This document shows positions 1-8,807 of a DNA stretch of 52,844 nucleotides, piece after piece. The position numbers were made by a program, and so were the translations under genes. The stretch spans positions 1 through 52,844 of the forward strand of contig CAZEAB010000006.1 in NCBI GenBank assembly GCA_964510085.1. Direction: 5' to 3'. The notes under the pieces were generated by a model. That model did not search any database. It worked only from the letters and a program-made list of their open reading frames with translations, and was not told the origin of the DNA. Origin of the DNA: an uncultured Methanosarcinales archaeon (GTDB lineage: Archaea; Nanobdellota; Nanobdellia; Woesearchaeales; GW2011-AR9). Position 1 is the stretch's first letter. Each line of letters starts with the position of its first letter.

Positions 1-7
1 AAAAAAG

Positions 8-80
8 AGCGCCCGGAGGGACTCGAACCCTCGATCTAAAGCTCTGCAGGCTCTCGCATTAGCCACTTTGCCACGGACGC
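8..80 (-). tRNA. tRNA-Cys(GCA)
   Basis: Reverse complement folds as a cloverleaf: acceptor GCGTCCG/CGGGCGC, anticodon arm AGAGC-CTGCAGA-GCTTT, T-arm GAGGG-TTCGAGT-CCCTC, discriminator U; CCA not encoded; TATATAAA about 25 nt upstream. Confidence 0.95.
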
Positions 81-815
81 TTGAGAACACTCTGAATCAT
101 CACTATTTATATACTTTTGGGAGGAAATAGGAGCTAGTAGTAACTCTCTTTGTGACAATGTTATTCTGGGGATATAATAACCCAGTTTCTTCCAAAGAAA
201 GTATTTGGTCCAGTTCTTTTGACTACTAAACCCAATTTCTTCAATCCATTTTTCAAGCATCCTTACACCACTTAGATAAATTACTATTGATCCACGATTG
301 TTATGGCATTGAACTTTGAAACCATTATTTGCTAAAAGTTCAACTATTTGTGCTGCTAAGTCGTGGCTTACTGTTGTGATCTCTAAACGTGGATAAGTAG
401 GTTTATTTGTAGTGATTCTTGATTTAGAGAAATAAAGAGAACCATCTGTTTCAAAGATTCCTCTTAAAACGTGCTTACCTTCTTCCCAATTCATAAGTTG
501 CGAAGGTATTTTCACAGTGTATGTTTTACTCTTAGCAAGACCATAAGTATTTTTTAAATACAAAGCAAATTTTTTGTTATGAACTGTTAACTTTAGACAA
601 TGACTCCCATCTTTATATTCTCTTACAAATACTTTTGAATTTAATTTAAATTCATCTTTAATAAACATGGAAAGTTTTTGATAGTAATCTTTTTCTTCTG
701 TAGCATTTCCTGAAATTTCAATACCATACTGCCTATATTTAGGATAATCTAACAAACAACCATCACCAATCATGACACCAATAAATTCGTTTATGTTCAT
801 TTTTTCCATTTTCAC
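36..815 (-). CDS. Two-motif LAGLIDADG endonuclease-like protein; 3' end overlaps tRNA-Cys
   Basis: Two LAGLIDADG helices, EFIGVMIGDGC and VLRGIFETDGS; start may be ATG at 809 or 800. Confidence 0.85.
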   Translation of the reverse strand: MKMEKMNINEFIGVMIGDGCLLDYPKYRQYGIEISGNATEEKDYYQKLSMFIKDEFKLNSKVFVREYKDGSHCLKLTVHNKKFALYLKNTYGLAKSKTYTVKIPSQLMNWEEGKHVLRGIFETDGSLYFSKSRITTNKPTYPRLEITTVSHDLAAQIVELLANNGFKVQCHNNRGSIVIYLSGVRMLEKWIEEIGFSSQKNWTKYFLWKKLGYYIPRITLSQRELLLAPISSQKYINSDDSECSQASVAKWLMREPAEL

Positions 816-854
816 TAAAATAAATGGAAATTAATGATTAATAAACTCTATCCA

Positions 855-878
855 TGGTTGTCCAGTGGGTAGTGGGTT
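855..878 (-). repeat. 24-bp dispersed element, copy 1 (AACCCACTACCCACTGGACAACCA)
   Basis: Exact reverse-complement match to 50293-50316; followed after 9 nt by TTTATTAA. Confidence 0.9.
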
Positions 879-1053
879 AGAAGAAGTGAAACTTTTAGTT
901 TCTTTTTCTATATAACTGGTCTGCTAAAGTTAGGATAAAAGCAATCATAACAACTAGTGAATAAAAATAACTGAAAATCAAATCAGTTGAATTTAATCCT
1001 CTCAAAACACCAACGCAATTATATCTAATACAATTACAGACTTACGAAACAAT

Positions 1054-1146
1054 TTACCAGACTCCAATTAATTTCAAAATAATAAGTATCAATGCCGTAA
1101 CTCCCAGTACGCTTCCCACAATAGCAAGATAGTCTAATAAATCCAT
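1054..1146 (-). CDS. Putative 30-aa hydrophobic microprotein MDLLDYLAIVGSVLGVTALILIILKLIGVW
   Basis: Manually translated ATG..TAA; single TM-like helix; below the ORF-track cutoff. Confidence 0.5.
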   Translation of the reverse strand: MDLLDYLAIVGSVLGVTALILIILKLIGVW

Positions 1147-1190
1147 ATCAAGAAGAAAGACTTAAGAGATATAGCTCTTTGTAAAAAAAG

Positions 1191-1304
1191 CGGACCCGGG
1201 AGGATTTGAACCCCCGACCTACAGCTTAGAAGGCTGTCGTTCTATTCACCTTATCAGCCGAATCTAATCGCTTCGCGCCGATATCCAGGCTAAACTACGA
1301 GTCC
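1191..1304 (-). tRNA. tRNA-Arg(TCT) with 39-nt D-loop intron (1246-1284, position 19/20)
   Basis: Acceptor GGACTCG/CGGGTCC, anticodon arm ACAGC-CTTCTAA-GCTGT, T-loop TTCAAAT; BHB with helix GCCT/AGGT and bulges GGA and GAA. Confidence 0.93.
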
Positions 1305-1341
1305 AATATGTAAAAAAACAGAACACAGCTTAAAAAGATTT

Positions 1342-1896
1342 CTACTCAATCGTCAATTTATTGATAATAACGTCCTCTAAAGGTTTATCCTGACTATCCT
1401 TAGTAACCTTACCAATTTTATCAACAACGTTCATTCCTTCAACAACTTTTCCAAAAACTGGATGTTTATCATCTAAGAAATTGTTGTCAACAGTATTAAT
1501 GAAAAATTGCGAACCACCCGTATTAGGACCAGCATTTGCCATACTAATAGTACCCCTACTATTCACATTTGAAGAAGTAAATTCATCTTTAATTTGATAT
1601 CCTGGACCACCAGTTCCCCACATATTCTTTTTAGCAACTTGTTTTGACAAAGGGTCTCCTCCTTGTATCATAAATCCATCAATAACTCGATGAAATCGTG
1701 TACCATCATAGAACCCTTCTTTTGCTAATTTTTCAAAATTACCTGTAGTGATAGGCATATCGTTCGCTAATTCAATTTTAATTATTCCTTGTGTTGTATC
1801 AAATGTTGCTGTTGTCATAGTATTTACCTCGCTTGTGCATCCTACTAAAAAGAGAACGCATAATATTATTAATATTTTTTTCATCATGGTAACCAC
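1342..1896 (-). CDS. Cyclophilin-type peptidyl-prolyl isomerase with lipoprotein-like signal
   Basis: FHRVIDGFMIQGGDP, SMANAGPNTGGSQFFIN, HPVFGKV; N-terminal MKK...LFLVGC; real start probably 1887 or 1884. Confidence 0.95.
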   Translation of the reverse strand: MVTMMKKILIILCVLFLVGCTSEVNTMTTATFDTTQGIIKIELANDMPITTGNFEKLAKEGFYDGTRFHRVIDGFMIQGGDPLSKQVAKKNMWGTGGPGYQIKDEFTSSNVNSRGTISMANAGPNTGGSQFFINTVDNNFLDDKHPVFGKVVEGMNVVDKIGKVTKDSQDKPLEDVIINKLTIE

Positions 1897-2978
1897 GTCT
1901 TCTTATTCTTAATCTTTTCAGGCAAATATGTGTCAATAACATAATTCAAACCCCAAGCAGCTAATGCCTGCTGTTCTGCCCTTACTTTCATCTTACCCAT
2001 TTGTGTTAATGCTTTCTGCCATGGTTTATGATGCAATACAAACGGATCATTTTTCAACAAATCTTTAATTTTCTTAATATCAACATCTTTTAAAGGATGT
2101 GAAGGTAACTTATAATCTACAATATCTTGCGGTGTAATTCCAATAAATTGTGCTTGTGGTACACAGAAATATTCATTAATATGCGCAGCATTTCCTGAAC
2201 CAACTTTTAATGTCCTATAAATGCTTCCAAAACCGTAAGGGTCTCCGTCTGTAAATACATATACTGGAATCTTCTGCTCATCAGCTAACTTTCTAATAAA
2301 TCGTCTACAAGCTCGTGTAGGAACTCCTCCCATCGCAACTAAAATACAATTTGCTTTCTTCCAATATTTGTGTTTATTTAACCGTTCAAACATACCTGAT
2401 GTTTCAATCGCTAATACAAATTTTGCTTTTGTCTTAAATCTAAGGTGCTCCACTGAACTAGGAACAGAATATGCTCCTGAACCAAATTTAGTACAATCAA
2501 TTTGTAAATCATTTCCGGTATCTGTATCTTTATCAATAACTATTAATTCTCCAGCAACGGCTCCACCTTTCTCTTCAGGAACAAAACCAATCTTCTCCCT
2601 ATTAACTCGCATCATTGCTTCAATATCGTCCATAACAGCATCGGATTCAGGTTGTTCTTTGAATCGAGCATCGTTCCAATTTTTCGAGACATAATACGCT
2701 TCTCTTTTTGTTGCAATATCATTTGTTTCAATCAATTGTTTAGAAAGACCCATCATCCGTAATGTCTGCGCAAATGTCTTGATAGTAGAAGCAGTTAATG
2801 TTCTTGTTTTTACCTTACTTAATATTTTGAAGTATCCTTCTTTTTCATCATACGAAACGTTACTTAAAGAACGAATTGGCATTTCAATATCTGGTTGCTT
2901 TAATTTTCTAATAGTTTCGTAAATACCCTTAGCAACATTCTTAATTTCTGTAACTACTATATTTTCTTTCTTTACCAT
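1884..2978 (-). CDS. top6A: DNA topoisomerase VI subunit A
   Basis: TKREAYY catalytic Tyr region, AIETSGMFERL, TOPRIM DGDPYG, AEQQAL. Confidence 0.96.
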   Translation of the reverse strand: MVKKENIVVTEIKNVAKGIYETIRKLKQPDIEMPIRSLSNVSYDEKEGYFKILSKVKTRTLTASTIKTFAQTLRMMGLSKQLIETNDIATKREAYYVSKNWNDARFKEQPESDAVMDDIEAMMRVNREKIGFVPEEKGGAVAGELIVIDKDTDTGNDLQIDCTKFGSGAYSVPSSVEHLRFKTKAKFVLAIETSGMFERLNKHKYWKKANCILVAMGGVPTRACRRFIRKLADEQKIPVYVFTDGDPYGFGSIYRTLKVGSGNAAHINEYFCVPQAQFIGITPQDIVDYKLPSHPLKDVDIKKIKDLLKNDPFVLHHKPWQKALTQMGKMKVRAEQQALAAWGLNYVIDTYLPEKIKNKKTWLP

Positions 2979-2979
2979 C

Positions 2980-4686
2980 CTACATCAACGTTGTTTGTTT
3001 CTCTTCCTTCTCATAATCATCCAACTCAATTTCCTCATTCTCTTCTACTTTTTCTTCTTTCTTCTTATCTTCTTTTCCAATTTTTGCCAATTCCGGGTCA
3101 TAATCAGGATTGTTTACTTTAATCTCTTCAAGTTCTCCTCGAGTATGTTCAAGAATCTCAGCTAAATCATCTTCAATTTTCTTAACACTAATTTCATCTA
3201 AACCTAATAAATCTTTCAAACCAATAGCAACGTGAGGGATATATTTTTCTATATAACTTCGTTTCTTTGATTCATCTTTAATTCTTTTTTTCTTATTAAC
3301 AAAAGAAGCTAATTTTCTTCCACACTCTTGTAAAGCTAATCTAATTTCTTTAATAATCTCATCATAATGAGCAAGAGCATCCTTAGCTTCTGAGGTAAAT
3401 GGAACCCATACTGAAGTCATATGGACAACGATTGTACAAGGGCCAACTGGGATTGAATTTCTACTTTGTTGTAATCCATAAGATCTCCATGTTGTATCTT
3501 GAATAGCTTTCGTATTTGCACATGCTCCCTGTTGATACATTAATGGAACTCTATTAGCAAACCGCATAATTCGAACAGTTTTATCTCCTTCTTGTTCTCC
3601 ACCATATGCTAAACCGGCTTCAATAACAAACGGATTCCCTCTATATACTGATGCAGGACGAGTTGTGGTACAATAAAATTCCGCATTAATTTCTTTCCGT
3701 AATCCTCTCTCTAATAATTCTGCACCAATTGGTGAAATACAATCGGTTGGAGGGGATATAATTTTAGTCTGTTGAATTCCATTAAGTAATTGTTCTGCCA
3801 TTTCTCTTGACAACTTTTTTGGTTTTGTTCTTGGTAATAATGAAGAATTCTCACAAATAGTTTTTGCAGTACCCGCACCAACACGAACAAATTCTGTTGT
3901 AAGAAATTGTTGAAGGGTTTTTGCACTTGTTACTTCCATCATTTTGATTAATCGGCCAAGTTCAACACCATAAGGGTGGGGTTTAATCTCAACTGGTTCT
4001 GCAGGAAGTTCTTCAGTTGCTCGTGGAAAAATAAATTGTTCTGCTTCAGGGTTAGTATAAATAATTGTACAATGCGGATTAACGATAGCAGTTTCTTTCA
4101 TATATTCATCAACAGATTGTCTTCCTTTTTTGTATCCTCCATCCATATCTATCTCAATTCTTGTACCGTGATCTTTTTCTTCCCAATCAATTTCTTCATC
4201 GGACATAATTTGTGGATTGTTTGTAGTTGTGTTAATCTTAAGTTTGATTACGTGTGCTTTCTTTCCTTTTCCAGTTTTAGAAGTAATTTTAGCTGGTTTT
4301 CCTGTAGTTAGTTGCCCATATAATACTGCAGCAGAAATACCAATACCCTGCTGTCCTCGTGTAGCAGATAATTTATGAAATTTAGAACCATATAATAACT
4401 TTGCAAAAATCTTTGGAACTTGTTTTCGAAGAATTCCAGGCCCATTATCTTCAAGAATGACTCTAAATCGTGTATCGCTTAATTGAATGAGTTCTACATG
4501 TATCTCTGGGAGAATTCTTCCCTCTTCGCATGCATCTAGTGCGTTATCAACACCTTCCTTAACAGCGGTCATTAACGCTCTTCTTGGGTTATCAAAACCT
4601 AATAAGTGCCTATTTTTCTCAAAGAACTCTGCGATAGATATATCACGATGTTTTTTTGCCAATTCTTCAGCAGTCTTCTTAACCAT
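2980..4686 (-). CDS. top6B: DNA topoisomerase VI subunit B
   Basis: GHKL motifs [24 protein letters not shown]; RFANRVPL; adjacent to top6A. Confidence 0.97.
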   Translation of the reverse strand: MVKKTAEELAKKHRDISIAEFFEKNRHLLGFDNPRRALMTAVKEGVDNALDACEEGRILPEIHVELIQLSDTRFRVILEDNGPGILRKQVPKIFAKLLYGSKFHKLSATRGQQGIGISAAVLYGQLTTGKPAKITSKTGKGKKAHVIKLKINTTTNNPQIMSDEEIDWEEKDHGTRIEIDMDGGYKKGRQSVDEYMKETAIVNPHCTIIYTNPEAEQFIFPRATEELPAEPVEIKPHPYGVELGRLIKMMEVTSAKTLQQFLTTEFVRVGAGTAKTICENSSLLPRTKPKKLSREMAEQLLNGIQQTKIISPPTDCISPIGAELLERGLRKEINAEFYCTTTRPASVYRGNPFVIEAGLAYGGEQEGDKTVRIMRFANRVPLMYQQGACANTKAIQDTTWRSYGLQQSRNSIPVGPCTIVVHMTSVWVPFTSEAKDALAHYDEIIKEIRLALQECGRKLASFVNKKKRIKDESKKRSYIEKYIPHVAIGLKDLLGLDEISVKKIEDDLAEILEHTRGELEEIKVNNPDYDPELAKIGKEDKKKEEKVEENEEIELDDYEKEEKQTTLM

Positions 4687-4798
4687 TGATTATAAGAAAA
4701 ATATCTGTTTTATAAGACTTTTGGAAAAGAGCCAATACTTCCTCCAAACAACACAAACCTTTAAATACGCCTGTTAAACCAATCTCAATAGAGAAAAT

Positions 4799-6298
4799 AT
4801 GGGCAGAGCAGTTGAAGGAAATCTTCTAACAATGCAAGAATTGGAAGCGAACAGGCTTCTTATACTTACAAAATATAAAAAGTACTTACAACATCAACTT
4901 TCTAAACTAGCAGATTATACCAATAAACTTGAATATCCACATATTGAAGATATTGGATTTGAATGCGAAGGGTGGTTTATTAATGATAAATTACTTCCAA
5001 ACCCTGTATATGAACAAGTGGTTAAATTAGTTCCAGATATTGGAAGGGAATTACTTTCATGCCAATGGGAAGTTCGAAATGAAAAAGACAATCTTATCAA
5101 ATTACAAGACCCATTACAACAAACAAATGAATGTGTTAAGGGAGTTTTCGCACCAATACAAGATGCTGCACAGAAATGCAATACAAAATTACTGATAATT
5201 GGTGGACATCCATTCTTTACTGCAGATCTTGCAAATACCATGATTACTAATTCTAAACGCCACCAAAAATTAATAGAATACATTGATTCATATGACACGA
5301 ATACTATTAACATCCCATTCGTAAATGGAGATGAAACTCGTCAAGGAATGATTTACGAGGGATATACGACCTCAATTCAAATTACAATTCGTGTATCCCC
5401 TATTTTTGCATCTTTATACCATGATGCATATTACTTAATAGCTCCTATTTTACTTGCAATGACAGCATATTCTCCAATAATTGAAGGGAAAGAAACACAT
5501 TCAGATAGTATGAGGGTACAAATAGTTGGAGATTCCTGTTACGGTTTTTCTGAAGAAGATAAAGCCGTTGGAATGCCAAGTAGATGGGGTCCTTTCCCTC
5601 CAATTTCTCAACCAGATACTGTTCCAAGTAAGTGGGCAAACCAAGATTTGTATAACTTATTAAGAAGCAGTAAAGTTCCAAATGGCGTTTCATTACATTT
5701 TGCAGAAGTTGCGGGTAAAGAAAAAGGACATTTACTTGTTACAGACACAGACTTAGAAATAGATCCTTTAGAGGGGTTTCCTTCTCCAATAATGTGGCCT
5801 TACGTAAAAATTCAACCATTTGGAATGAATGAGGGTGGTATTTTAATTGAACTTCGATTTATTGAAATGGTAAGAAAACAAGAAGAAATTTCATTACTTC
5901 TTCACTTCCTTGGAACTATGCTTGAAGTTGTTACTCATGATTTACATTTACAAAAGTTATCTCCATTACAATTAATTCACTTTAATGAAAACGAGAAAAC
6001 TTGTTCTTTACAAAATGCGTTATCATCAAACAAAGCAATCAATTGGCCACATAACGGTGAAGTAATTAAGCGGCCTGTAAAAGATATTCTTCGAGAACTT
6101 CTTGATAAAATGATTCCCCATTTCCATAAGAATGGACGAACTCCAGAAGAGATAGAAGAAATTTGTAATGTATTTGTTAACAGGGTAGGTCTTCGTATTA
6201 AAGGAGATTCTATTGAAGAATGTAATCCAACTGAAACAGCTGCTCAAGAAATGCGACGTAAAGGACCAACTCAAATGATAGAAGAATATTTATTTTAA
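4799..6298 (+). CDS. Divergent glutamate-cysteine ligase / carboxylate-amine ligase (GCS2-like)
   Basis: IGFECEGW, ELLSCQWE, GGHP, SIQITI, AMTAYSP and IELRFIE match the GCS2/YbdK motif order. Confidence 0.7.
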   Translation: MGRAVEGNLLTMQELEANRLLILTKYKKYLQHQLSKLADYTNKLEYPHIEDIGFECEGWFINDKLLPNPVYEQVVKLVPDIGRELLSCQWEVRNEKDNLIKLQDPLQQTNECVKGVFAPIQDAAQKCNTKLLIIGGHPFFTADLANTMITNSKRHQKLIEYIDSYDTNTINIPFVNGDETRQGMIYEGYTTSIQITIRVSPIFASLYHDAYYLIAPILLAMTAYSPIIEGKETHSDSMRVQIVGDSCYGFSEEDKAVGMPSRWGPFPPISQPDTVPSKWANQDLYNLLRSSKVPNGVSLHFAEVAGKEKGHLLVTDTDLEIDPLEGFPSPIMWPYVKIQPFGMNEGGILIELRFIEMVRKQEEISLLLHFLGTMLEVVTHDLHLQKLSPLQLIHFNENEKTCSLQNALSSNKAINWPHNGEVIKRPVKDILRELLDKMIPHFHKNGRTPEEIEEICNVFVNRVGLRIKGDSIEECNPTETAAQEMRRKGPTQMIEEYLF

Positions 6299-6303
6299 GA
6301 GAT

Positions 6304-7122
6304 TTACCTACAAAAATTTGCATTACTTTGTCCGTAACAAATGTTTTTAATTTCTGGACCAGTATATAATCTGTTGTGGATAGTTAAGTCGTCTAGTTTT
6401 CCACCAAAGTATCTATCACTATCTCCATCAGGACCATCCTTTCCGGCTTTTCCTAGGAATAATGTGTCCCATTTATCCTTGTTAATCTTATGTTCAATGG
6501 TTTCTCTACCAACTGAAATTCCATCAATAAATAGTTGCATGTATCCCCCATCTCTATTATCTAAAACTAAAGCCGCATGGTGCCACCCTGCTCCAGAGAA
6601 AGGCGTTGAAATTAATTTACTGTTTCGTGCATCTCCTAAATATGCTGTAAGAACTCCCCTTTCATATTTTTGGCCCTTAATGTGGTTACCCATTGAAACA
6701 TGAAATTCTTGTTCTGGTCCCCATCCATCTCCAGCAAATTGTCTATGTTTTTTCTCATTCATATCCCCTTGCCACACCATGTGTGCTCTCTTTCTATTTG
6801 TTAAATCAGTAGATTTAAACCAAAACATAATGGTAGACATATCCATTTCTTGTAAATGTAAACTAGATGTCTGGACATAATTTGTTTGTCCATTAAAATG
6901 CCACGCTTTAGTCCCTTTATATGTTCGTCTAGAATGGGTACCAACTTCATACAAAACACCTTTATGGTTTGTTGATGCATCCATTTCCATATCTAACTCA
7001 AATACAGTATCTGAAATAATAGTAGTTACAGCTCCTTGGATAGAAGTCCATCCATTTGCTACTGCAATAACAAAAACAAGCCCAATAACCGCAGCAGTAA
7101 TTATTTTTCGTTCATCCATCAT
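6304..7122 (-). CDS. Secreted or membrane-anchored LamG (ConA-like lectin) domain protein
   Basis: N-terminal hydrophobic helix; TIMFWFK, WHHAALV, LFIDG, FGGKLDDLTIHNRLY. Confidence 0.85.
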   Translation of the reverse strand: MMDERKIITAAVIGLVFVIAVANGWTSIQGAVTTIISDTVFELDMEMDASTNHKGVLYEVGTHSRRTYKGTKAWHFNGQTNYVQTSSLHLQEMDMSTIMFWFKSTDLTNRKRAHMVWQGDMNEKKHRQFAGDGWGPEQEFHVSMGNHIKGQKYERGVLTAYLGDARNSKLISTPFSGAGWHHAALVLDNRDGGYMQLFIDGISVGRETIEHKINKDKWDTLFLGKAGKDGPDGDSDRYFGGKLDDLTIHNRLYTGPEIKNICYGQSNANFCR

Positions 7123-7172
7123 TAAAGAGAATAATCTTTTGGTATATAAAGATTTACCTCTTCACAATTATT

Positions 7173-7239
7173 GGGAGCAGCACCCTGACGTAGTCAAGGC
7201 GGGCACTTGGAGAGTGCGAATCCGCCGTACCCTGCTCCT
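7173..7239. ncRNA. Candidate structured non-coding motif, copy A
   Basis: GC-rich intergenic multi-stem: GGGAGCAG/CTGCTCCT, TGAC/GTCA, GGCGG/CCGCC, GCACT/AGTGC; covaries with 24367-24436. Confidence 0.65.
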
Positions 7240-7251
7240 AATTTGGATAAT

Positions 7252-7788
7252 TCAACCAAACATAATCTCTTTTTTCTTCTTTTCTAAGAATTGATATACT
7301 GTTTTATGCATGCTTCCTTGTAATAACATTGCAACGGCTTGACGTGCTAGAGACACCTGTCCTGATTCTCCAATAATACCAACAGTTTTTCCATATACAG
7401 AAACATGGCAATCAGTTAAACGCTCAATTTCTTCTCGAGACTTACCACCTTTTCCAATAACTCTTCCTTTAAGTCGTTGTAAAGTATTTTTACTTTTTCC
7501 AGAAATATCTTTCATATCAATTAATTCAAGAGCATAATCTGACTTTAACAGCAACAACGCAATTTTTGGGTTAAAACCACGTGCAATTGCCTTAACAATT
7601 TCTTTAGTGGTATATAAATCAAGACCGTCATCACCAGTAATAGTAACGTCTCCCTCTTTTGATATATCTAAAGAACTTTTTGTAGCCAGTTCTATTTCTT
7701 TTTTGGTGTTTCCATTAGTTCCAATTAAGACAGCTACCCGTTCTTCAGGTATTTTTAGTTCATATGAAAATTCTTCTTCATTCATCAT
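7252..7788 (-). CDS. KH-domain pre-rRNA processing protein (Pno1/Dim2 family)
   Basis: Two KH GxxG loops (LIGTNG, VIGKGG); downstream of RIO1. Confidence 0.93.
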   Translation of the reverse strand: MMNEEEFSYELKIPEERVAVLIGTNGNTKKEIELATKSSLDISKEGDVTITGDDGLDLYTTKEIVKAIARGFNPKIALLLLKSDYALELIDMKDISGKSKNTLQRLKGRVIGKGGKSREEIERLTDCHVSVYGKTVGIIGESGQVSLARQAVAMLLQGSMHKTVYQFLEKKKKEIMFG

Positions 7789-7791
7789 TAA

Positions 7792-8499
7792 CTAATTTCC
7801 TCTTATCTTTTTTAATACTTCTTCTTTAGTTTGTGAAATTCCATGTTTTTTAAAGTACTGCAAGACGTTTTTTACATCTCTTTCAAGTAACTCTTCTGAG
7901 TTAGGAGTACGAACCAACGTTGCCTGTGAGAAGTCAATTAAGACTGGCTTTTCATTATAATTTAAGATATTAAATGAACTTAAATCACCATGAATTAACC
8001 CAATTTCATACATTTTTTTAATTTCTTTAATAACCTCCTTAAAGAATTTCTCTACATTTGTTGGCGCTGCATCTTTTAATGGGGGTGCTGGTTCTTCATC
8101 TCCAATAAATTCCTCTACAATGATGTGATTTCTCCATGAAATTGGTTTTGGGATGGCAATCTTACCTTTTTCTGATTTTAATAAATTTTTATACTCTCGT
8201 TGAGCCCATGCCAGTATAATCTGTCTTCTATGTTTTCTTAGAAAAATATAGCGAGGATCTTTTCTAATATAATCATACATCTTTGCAAATTCGGCATTTT
8301 GCATTCGATAAATCTTTACAATTACCTTTTTATTCCCTTTTTTTGCAATAAATACATTACTTTCCTTTCCAATAGACAAAGGGCTTACTAACTCATCAAA
8401 TATCTTCCTACTTTGAAGTTCAAATAGGGTCCTGTTGGTAAATTCATCAAAGACTCCCTTAACGGTTTTAAACCGTTCTTGATACGTTAATGTAACCAT
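7792..8499 (-). CDS. rio1: RIO1 serine kinase
   Basis: SIGKESNVF, VKIYR, IHGDLSSFNIL, IDFSQA. Confidence 0.94.
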   Translation of the reverse strand: MVTLTYQERFKTVKGVFDEFTNRTLFELQSRKIFDELVSPLSIGKESNVFIAKKGNKKVIVKIYRMQNAEFAKMYDYIRKDPRYIFLRKHRRQIILAWAQREYKNLLKSEKGKIAIPKPISWRNHIIVEEFIGDEEPAPPLKDAAPTNVEKFFKEVIKEIKKMYEIGLIHGDLSSFNILNYNEKPVLIDFSQATLVRTPNSEELLERDVKNVLQYFKKHGISQTKEEVLKKIRGN

Positions 8500-8631
8500 A
8501 TTTGACTAAAATAGCTTGGTGTTTATAATGATTTTCACCATAAAATACTACTTTTGAGTGAACACAAAAACAAAACATTTAAATACTAGCACCACAATAT
8601 AGTAACAACACACCTCAAAACCACCTCTTTT

Positions 8632-8663
8632 CCCTGATAAGCCTTTGGTTTATCGGGGTTTTT
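8632..8663 (+). terminator. GC-clamped hairpin followed by T-tract
   Basis: CCCTGATAAGCC-TTT-GGTTTATCGGGG then TTTTT. Confidence 0.5.
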
Positions 8664-8735
8664 CTATTTAATTTATCAAGAATTTAAGACTAAAAAACCG
8701 TAACATTTATAAACTACCAATTCTCCAAAATATAT

Positions 8736-8807
8736 GCCCGACACGAGAGTACCTTAGGGAGTGTACGGATAATCCAAGCAATGAACTTGGGGGTTAGTGG
8801 CACGGGC
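8736..8807 (+). ncRNA. Candidate structured RNA or leader upstream of dnaG
   Basis: TTTATAAA at 8707-8714; GC-rich GCCCG...CGGGC closing stem with internal CCAAG-CAATGAA-CTTGG hairpin. Confidence 0.45.

Noticed and set aside
895-1007. Small membrane ORF ending DQLYRKRN on the minus strand
   Set aside because: No clear ATG start and an in-frame stop shortly upstream; possibly a remnant, so not called as a feature.
7173-7239. Copy A as a hammerhead or HDV-like ribozyme, c-di-GMP-II riboswitch or tRNA fragment
   Set aside because: CTGACGT lacks the CUGANGA/GAAA core; there is no nested double pseudoknot; there is no K-turn or pseudoknot; TGCGAAT is not followed by an acceptor strand. None of these features is shared by copy B.
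8736-8807. RNase P RNA or SRP RNA
   Set aside because: No GAGGAAAGUCC-type CR-I and no SRP helix-8 motif; too short.
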